DNA of 4,047 nucleotides from a virus (Duplodnaviria; Heunggongvirae; Uroviricota; Caudoviricetes): IMG/VR virus record IMGVR_UViG_3300039332_000015; one strand, 5' to 3'. Shown piece by piece: positions 1 to 4,047 of this stretch (position 1 is its first letter; each line of letters starts with the position of its first letter). The notes under the pieces were generated by a model. It saw only the letters and a program-made list of their open reading frames with translations, ran no database searches and was not told where the DNA came from. The position numbers and the translations under genes were made by a program.

Positions 1-1632
1 ATCGACAACGACCGCGAAGACTGGAAGCGTATCTCGGCATCAATGCGCAAACAGCCTGATGCCCTTCGCTACGACCGCCAGACTATTTTTGGCCTTGTCC
101 GTGAACGTCCGATCGACATTCACAAAGACCCTGTGGCACTGAACAAATACATTACTGAATACCTGACTACAAAGGGCGTGTTTGAAGATGAAGGAACAAA
201 TCAGAGCGCAACTGATACTCTCTCGTCGCCAGTACCAGAAACTGATGCAGTGGAAACGGCAATTCCGGACAACGAAAAAACCGAATGCAAAGTGGAAGTC
301 GAACCATCTGTAGAACGTGAGGGGCCGTTCTACTTCCTCTTCACCGACAAGGATGGCGAAAAATACGGTCGCGCAAACAAACTTTCTGGTCTGGATAAGG
401 CGCTGTCTGCTGGGGCTACTGAAATCACGAAAGAAGAATATTTCGCCCGCAAAAACGGTACATACTCAGGTTCACAACAAAATACTGGTGCATCTGACAC
501 GACCGCACAACCAGGGTCAGTAAAAGTTACCGCTGACGAAGTAAACAAAATTATGCAGGCAGCCAATATCAGCCAGCCTGACGCCGATGAACTGCTTGCA
601 GTATCACGTGGTGAATTTGTTGAAGGGATTAGCGACCCGAATGATCCGAAATGGGTTAAGGGGAACCAGACCCGCGATTCTGTGAACCAGAACCAGCAAG
701 AAACGGAACAGAACGACCAGAAAGCGGAACAAAACAGCCCAAATGCGTTACAAAACGAGCCAGAAACGAAACAGCCTGAATCAGTGGCGCAACAGGAAGT
801 GGAAAAAGTCTGCACCGCCTGCGGTCAGACCGGCGGCGGCAACTGCCCTGATTGTGGCGCGGTGATGGGCGACGCAACATACCAAGAAACATTCGATGAA
901 GAGTATCAGGTTGAAGTTCAGGAAGATGATCCGGAGGAAATGGAAGGCGCTGAACATCCACACAAGGAGAACACTGGCGGCAATCAGCATCACGATAGCG
1001 ATAATGAAACTGGCGAGACGGCAGATCACTCAATTAAGGTGAACGGTCATCAAGAAATCACATCCACCAGCAGGACGTGTGACCATCTAATGATCGACCT
1101 TGAAACCATGGGAAAAAATCCTGATGCCCCGATCATCTCAATAGGTGCAATATTTTTCGATCCGCAAACCGGAGATATGGGACCGGAATTTAGTAAGACT
1201 ATCGATCTGGAAACTGCTGGCGGAGTCATTGATCGGGACACCATTAAATGGTGGCTTAAGCAATCACGCGAAGCGCAATCTGCCATTATGACCGATGAAA
1301 TCCCGTTAGATGATGCACTGTTACAATTGCGGGAATTTATCGACGAAAACTCCGGTGAATTTTTTGTTCAGGTTTGGGGAAATGGAGCCAACTTCGACAA
1401 CACGATTTTGCGCCGTTCATACGAACGGCAGGGGATCCCCTGCCCGTGGCGTTACTACAACGATCGCGATGTACGCACAATCGTTGAGCTGGGGAAAGCC
1501 ATAGACTTCGATGCCAGAACGGCTATTCCATTCGAAGGTGAGCGCCATAATGCACTTGATGACGCCCGTTACCAGGCAAAATACGTTTCAGCTATCTGGC
1601 AAAAACTGATCCCAAATCAGGCTGATTTTTAA
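1..1632 (+). CDS. Phage exonuclease-family protein, 5'-partial; C-terminal DnaQ-like DEDDh 3'-5' exonuclease domain, N-terminal low-complexity region with a C4 zinc-ribbon-like motif
   Basis: The track ORF 43..1632 has no in-frame stop back to base 1 (IDNDREDWKRISAS precedes the first Met) and no Shine-Dalgarno before the ATG at 43, so the true start is probably upstream of the window. The C-terminal ~180 aa carry the three exonuclease motifs in order: MIDLETMG (Exo I, D/E), VWGNGANFDNTIL (Exo II, D) and HNALDDARYQ (Exo III, H-x4-D). CTACGQTGGGNCPDCG (nt 811..855) is a CxxC-x8-CxxC motif. The region between is Q/E/N-rich and acidic. Stop is TAA at 1630..1632. Confidence 0.8.
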   Translation: MDNDREDWKRISASMRKQPDALRYDRQTIFGLVRERPIDIHKDPVALNKYITEYLTTKGVFEDEGTNQSATDTLSSPVPETDAVETAIPDNEKTECKVEVEPSVEREGPFYFLFTDKDGEKYGRANKLSGLDKALSAGATEITKEEYFARKNGTYSGSQQNTGASDTTAQPGSVKVTADEVNKIMQAANISQPDADELLAVSRGEFVEGISDPNDPKWVKGNQTRDSVNQNQQETEQNDQKAEQNSPNALQNEPETKQPESVAQQEVEKVCTACGQTGGGNCPDCGAVMGDATYQETFDEEYQVEVQEDDPEEMEGAEHPHKENTGGNQHHDSDNETGETADHSIKVNGHQEITSTSRTCDHLMIDLETMGKNPDAPIISIGAIFFDPQTGDMGPEFSKTIDLETAGGVIDRDTIKWWLKQSREAQSAIMTDEIPLDDALLQLREFIDENSGEFFVQVWGNGANFDNTILRRSYERQGIPCPWRYYNDRDVRTIVELGKAIDFDARTAIPFEGERHNALDDARYQAKYVSAIWQKLIPNQADF

Positions 1633-1696
1633 TGTTCAACCCCGGTCGTTGCCCACCAGCTATAGTGGCGGCGACCATGATTAGCGAACGACGCTC

Positions 1697-1945
1697 ATGG
1701 CAAGACTTATTCTGCTCACTGAGTGGGCAAAAGAGGAATTCAGTGAACCGGTCCCTACTCCGAGTACGTTAAGTAAATACGCTAAAGCCGGAATGATATT
1801 TCCTCTCCCCAAAAAAGTTGGAAGACGCTGGCGAGTGGATCCGCAAGCTCGCTTTGTCGGAATGGTAAACAAGCCGGAGGTGATCGCCACAGATCACCCT
1901 GCTTTGAAGAGGATACTGGAAGATGGCGCGCCCGCGAAAATATAA
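1697..1945 (+). CDS. xis: Excisionase (lambda Xis-like winged-helix recombination directionality factor)
   Basis: 82-aa ORF immediately upstream of, and overlapping by 23 nt, the integrase gene. The N-terminus LTEWAKEEF...LSKYAKAGMIFPLPKKVGRRWRV parallels lambda Xis (LTLQEW...RRWVRECRIFPPPVKDGREY, recalled from memory). It is small and basic and sits in the canonical xis-int position. No strong Shine-Dalgarno precedes the ATG. Confidence 0.7.
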   Translation: MARLILLTEWAKEEFSEPVPTPSTLSKYAKAGMIFPLPKKVGRRWRVDPQARFVGMVNKPEVIATDHPALKRILEDGAPAKI

Positions 1946-3053
1946 AACCGATGTTCCGGGATTATCTCCGTATTTTGACAAAAGAAATAACAAAGTTTAC
2001 TGGCGTTACAGGCATCCCATAACAGGCAAAAATCACGGTCTCGGCAGTATTGACCAGAAACTGGCAGAAACTATTGCAGCAGAAGCGAACAGCCGTCTTG
2101 CCCGGCAGCAAATGGAACAAATGCTCAGTCTGCAGGAGAAAATTATTAGTGATACCGGCGGTTCATCAACCGTTACCATTTTTCTGAATAATTACAGAAA
2201 AATTCAACAGGAAAGATATGAAAACGGCGAGATCAAACTCAACACGCTGAAACAGAAAGCGGCCCCTCTCAGGGTATTTGATGAACGTTTTGGCACCAGA
2301 CCGTTAGATGCCATAACCGTAAAAGATGTGGTATCAGTACTGGAAGAGTACAAGGCCAGAGGACATAACAGAATGGGACAAATTTTCAGGAAAGTACTGA
2401 TCGATGTTTTCCGGGAAGCTCAGCAAACGGGCGATGTCCCGCCAGGCTTTAACCCTGCAGAATCGGCAAAAAAACCGCAGGTGCGGATATCAAGACAGCG
2501 ACTGACTTTTGATGAGTGGATGATGATTTATAACGCAGCGGAAAAGAATGGTTACTTTTTACAGCGCGGTATGCTGCTGGCACTGATGACAGGCCAGCGC
2601 CTTTCAGATATTTGCAAAATGCAATTTTCGGATATCCGGGATGGTTATCTTCATGTCGAACAGCAAAAAACAGGAACCCGGATTGCCATCCCTCTGGCTC
2701 TGCGTTGCGATAAATTAAATCTCACCCTGGATGATGTAGTGTCATCCTGCCGCGATTGCGTTCTTAGTCCGTGGCTATTGCACCACCATCACGCGAAAGG
2801 GACAGCTAAGCGCGGCGGGATGGTTAAGCCAGCAACATTAACCGTTGCATTTAAAAAAGCCCGGGATTCTGTGGATTACAACTGGCGTGCTAATGGCACC
2901 CCACCCTCTTTCCATGAGCAGAGATCTTTATCAGAGCGATTGTTCAGAGAGCAGGGGGTTGATACCAAAATTTTGCTAGGCCATTCGAATCAAAAAATGA
3001 CCGATATTTACAACGATGTACGCGGTAAGGAGTGGAAAAAACTGGTCATTTGA
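1923..3053 (+). CDS. int: Site-specific tyrosine recombinase, lambda-integrase family (arm-binding N-terminal domain plus catalytic domain)
   Basis: 376 aa. Catalytic residues sit in conserved contexts closely matching lambda Int: MTGQRLSD (Arg, box I), HEQRSLSERLF (His-x-x-Arg, box II) and LLGHSNQKMTDIY (His plus the nucleophilic Tyr). The N-terminus MARPRKYKTDVPGLSPYF..GLG resembles the lambda Int arm-binding domain. An AGAGGA Shine-Dalgarno lies 9 nt upstream of the ATG at 1923. Stop is TGA at 3051..3053. Confidence 0.95.
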   Translation: MARPRKYKTDVPGLSPYFDKRNNKVYWRYRHPITGKNHGLGSIDQKLAETIAAEANSRLARQQMEQMLSLQEKIISDTGGSSTVTIFLNNYRKIQQERYENGEIKLNTLKQKAAPLRVFDERFGTRPLDAITVKDVVSVLEEYKARGHNRMGQIFRKVLIDVFREAQQTGDVPPGFNPAESAKKPQVRISRQRLTFDEWMMIYNAAEKNGYFLQRGMLLALMTGQRLSDICKMQFSDIRDGYLHVEQQKTGTRIAIPLALRCDKLNLTLDDVVSSCRDCVLSPWLLHHHHAKGTAKRGGMVKPATLTVAFKKARDSVDYNWRANGTPPSFHEQRSLSERLFREQGVDTKILLGHSNQKMTDIYNDVRGKEWKKLVI

Positions 3054-3064
3054 TGACCAGTTTT
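3038..3064. terminator. Perfect hairpin overlapping the int stop codon; candidate bidirectional intrinsic terminator
   Basis: AAACTGGTCAT (3038..3049), TTG loop, ATGACCAGTTT (3053..3064): a 12-bp perfect inverted repeat. On the plus strand the stem is followed by UUUUG. On the minus strand it is followed by a run of six U (complement of the A-run 3035..3040), so it is the stronger terminator for the minus-strand ompW-like segment. Confidence 0.45.
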
Positions 3065-3094
3065 GCAGAAGAGTTTTGCAGAGGTTTTGCAGAG
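3060..3094 (+). promoter_or_regulatory. Three tandem direct repeats of GTTTTGCAGAG; candidate arm-type integrase binding sites (P'-arm-like)
   Basis: Copies at 3060..3070 (10 of 11 match), 3073..3083 and 3084..3094 (both exact), between the int stop and the stop of the ompW-like segment. Their position and number parallel the three P' arm sites next to int in lambda attP. Confidence 0.45.
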
Positions 3095-3098
3095 AAAA

Positions 3099-3230
3099 TT
3101 AAAAACGATATCCTGCCGAGAACATAAACACCCACGGGTCAAGGCGTACATTGTCGCTATAACTGCCTTTAGCCAGTTTACGACCATCAGATTTATACTT
3201 CGCGGTGGTATCGATATCCATGTACCACAC
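3099..3230 (-). other. ompW: ompW 3'-terminal coding segment (43 codons plus TAA), not joined to an ompW 5' portion; candidate phage-borne replacement 3' end containing the att core
   Basis: Minus-strand translation gives VWYMDIDTTAKYKSDGRKLAKGSYSDNVRLDPWVFMFSAGYRF*. From memory, E. coli OmpW ends ...SVWYMDIDTTANYKLGGAQQHDSVRLDPWVFMFSAGYRF: identical at both ends, divergent in the middle. Upstream in frame the sequence is unrelated (IAVYHIFYNLP) and hits a stop at 3264..3266, with no Met-initiated ompW body. It was missed by the ORF track because it is short. Confidence 0.7.
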
Positions 3231-3351
3231 TGGTAGATTATAAAAAATGTGATAAACAGCTATTTATAAAAGGAAAAACAAACTTTTATGGTGATTTTTC
3301 ATACCGTTTTTCTGTGTTTTTAACTGATTGATTTTGTTAAAGTCTTTTTTT

Positions 3352-3362
3352 GTTTTGCAGAG
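3352..3362 (+). repeat. Fourth, distal exact copy of GTTTTGCAGAG; candidate P-arm-type integrase site
   Basis: Exact 11-mer identical to the tandem copies at 3073..3094, located on the far side of the ompW-like segment about 260 bp away. A chance 11-mer match in under 1 kb is unlikely. Confidence 0.35.
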
Positions 3363-3706
3363 GCTTATCCCCCCTTATAGTCATTCCATAACTAACGGAT
3401 ATGACCATGTGGACGTGATTGTCAGAACCACCAGCAATGATGGACTCACCATTTTAAGAGTTGTAAATAAAGAATCCGCGCACGAATTTGTACAGGAAAC
3501 GCTGCAGGAAGCCTGGGAAACCGCTGAACTGCTTTATCCAATAACGCGATCATAATCACGGCAATAACATATTTTTTATGACATTATCCGTCATGTATGA
3601 CATAACAACTATCTGGTAGTTATAAGCTGCTTCTCCTGGTTGGGGAGTCGAAAAACTCTCCCTTTCTTAATCTTCCTGTTTTACCCGCTTAATGCGTATT
3701 AACATA

Positions 3707-3737
3707 AAGGAGATCGGGGTTATTGGGTGATCTCCTT
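3707..3737. repeat. Perfect 9-bp inverted repeat AAGGAGATC / GATCTCCTT with a 13-nt G/T-rich loop; function unknown
   Basis: AAGGAGATC at 3707..3715 and GATCTCCTT at 3729..3737, loop GGGGTTATTGGGT. The left arm is a consensus Shine-Dalgarno (AAGGAG) that the hairpin would sequester. No convincing ORF follows at proper spacing (GTG at 3727 is 14 nt away and lies inside the stem). Confidence 0.5.
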
Positions 3738-3966
3738 CCATGAAAATACGCACTTAACCAGCCTAATATTCACAGGTCGCTTTTTGGGTAGACACCACGT
3801 CGTCGGATGCTTCAGTTATAACCATATGGCCCTCACTGTACACTTACGAAGCAGGCACAGAGTTGCGACCTTACTTTTTGGTGGAACACTGAGTAACTCA
3901 CAATCTTCTGTGCCTGTCTTTATTTACAGGGAGCCGTCAGGCCATAATCCCCTTCAGTAACAACCG

Positions 3967-4047
3967 TCAGAATGAATAACGGAACCCGGCGTTGACAGCA
4001 TTATCAACGTTGTACTTACCAAAGGCTGATTTCTCAAACTCCAGACC
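3967..4047 (-). CDS. 3' end of a minus-strand gene running off the window; C-terminal 26 aa end in ...NAGFRYSF*, resembling the C-terminal beta-signal of outer-membrane beta-barrel proteins
   Basis: Reverse-complement translation of 4047..3970 is GLEFEKSAFGKYNVDNAVNAGFRYSF, followed by TGA (3967..3969 on the plus strand). A terminal aromatic-x-aromatic ending in Phe is typical of OMPs. Only 27 codons are visible and a second minus frame is also open across the segment, so both frame and identity are tentative. Confidence 0.3.
   Translation of the reverse strand, partial: GLEFEKSAFGKYNVDNAVNAGFRYSF

Noticed and set aside
330-815. 161-aa minus-strand ORF (Cys/Phe/Ser-rich) antisense to the exonuclease gene
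   Set aside because: It lies entirely inside a well-supported plus-strand CDS, has antisense-type low-complexity composition and no ribosome-binding site. Typical shadow ORF.
317-1504. Other embedded ORFs within the exonuclease gene (317..523 +, 656..1033 -, 781..1029 -, 1050..1286 -, 1310..1504 +)
   Set aside because: All are alternative-frame overlaps of the long CDS with implausible composition (Arg/Cys/His-rich) and no start signals.
1681-1993. Minus-strand ORFs 1681..1890 and 1769..1993 overlapping xis and the int start
   Set aside because: They are antisense to the conserved xis-int pair, and the plus-strand genes have clear family motifs.
2980-2992. tRNA-like TTCGAATC motif (T-loop-like)
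   Set aside because: It lies inside the int coding sequence (GHSNQ codons) with no surrounding cloverleaf or acceptor-stem complementarity. No tRNA gene is present, which fits integration into a protein gene end rather than a tRNA.
3205-3228. GTGGTA-N12-TACCAC inverted repeat at the 5' boundary of ompW homology as the att core
   Set aside because: The position is suggestive but a 6-bp inverted repeat with a 12-bp spacer is weak and atypical for a lambda-type core. The core cannot be assigned without a host ompW sequence to align.
3287-3322. Tiny hydrophobic ORFs (plus MVIFHTVFLCF at 3287..3322, and a 12-codon minus-strand ORF in the same region)
   Set aside because: Only 11 to 12 codons, weak or mis-spaced ribosome-binding sites, in an AT-rich region where such ORFs arise by chance.
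3727-3960. 77-aa plus-strand ORF MISFHENTHL...
   Set aside because: GTG start inside a hairpin stem 14 nt from the SD; His/Arg/Ser-rich low-complexity translation with no domain-like features. Probably non-coding.
3991-4008. CGTTGA-N8-TCAACG inverted repeat resembling an FNR/CRP-type half-site pair, plus a TTGACA hexamer
   Set aside because: Spacing does not fit FNR (N4) or CRP (N6), and it lies inside the 3' coding end of the minus-strand gene. Likely coincidental.
1-4047. CRISPR arrays, IS elements or transposase genes, toxin-antitoxin pairs
   Set aside because: No regularly spaced repeat-spacer arrays, no terminal inverted repeats flanking a transposase-like ORF, and no compact two-gene cassettes were found. 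The only repeats are the short att-associated ones described above.

Overview
This window reads as the recombination/integration end of a lambdoid (temperate) phage or prophage of an enterobacterial host. Three co-directional plus-strand genes fill 1..3053: a large exonuclease-family protein that runs off the 5' edge of the window, a small lambda-type excisionase, and a lambda-family tyrosine integrase with all catalytic residues present. Directly downstream of int lies an attP-like region: a bidirectional hairpin terminator, three tandem copies of GTTTTGCAGAG, a minus-strand 43-codon segment that matches the 3' end of the outer-membrane protein gene ompW, and a fourth copy of the repeat about 260 bp further on. 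I read this as an integration module that targets the 3' end of ompW and carries a replacement gene end, as phage e14 does with icd. Because the ompW-like segment is not joined to an ompW 5' portion, the arrangement looks like unrecombined attP rather than a simple attL/attR junction. The rest (3231..3966) is AT-rich and mostly non-coding, with a few palindromes and weak small ORFs; a minus-strand gene ending in FRYSF enters from the 3' edge. No rRNA, tRNA, CRISPR array or IS element was seen. I found no clear novel defence-type system; the most unusual items are the ompW-targeting att architecture and the uncharacterised N-terminal extension of the exonuclease. All calls rest on reading the sequence and on recalled family motifs; no database search was run.
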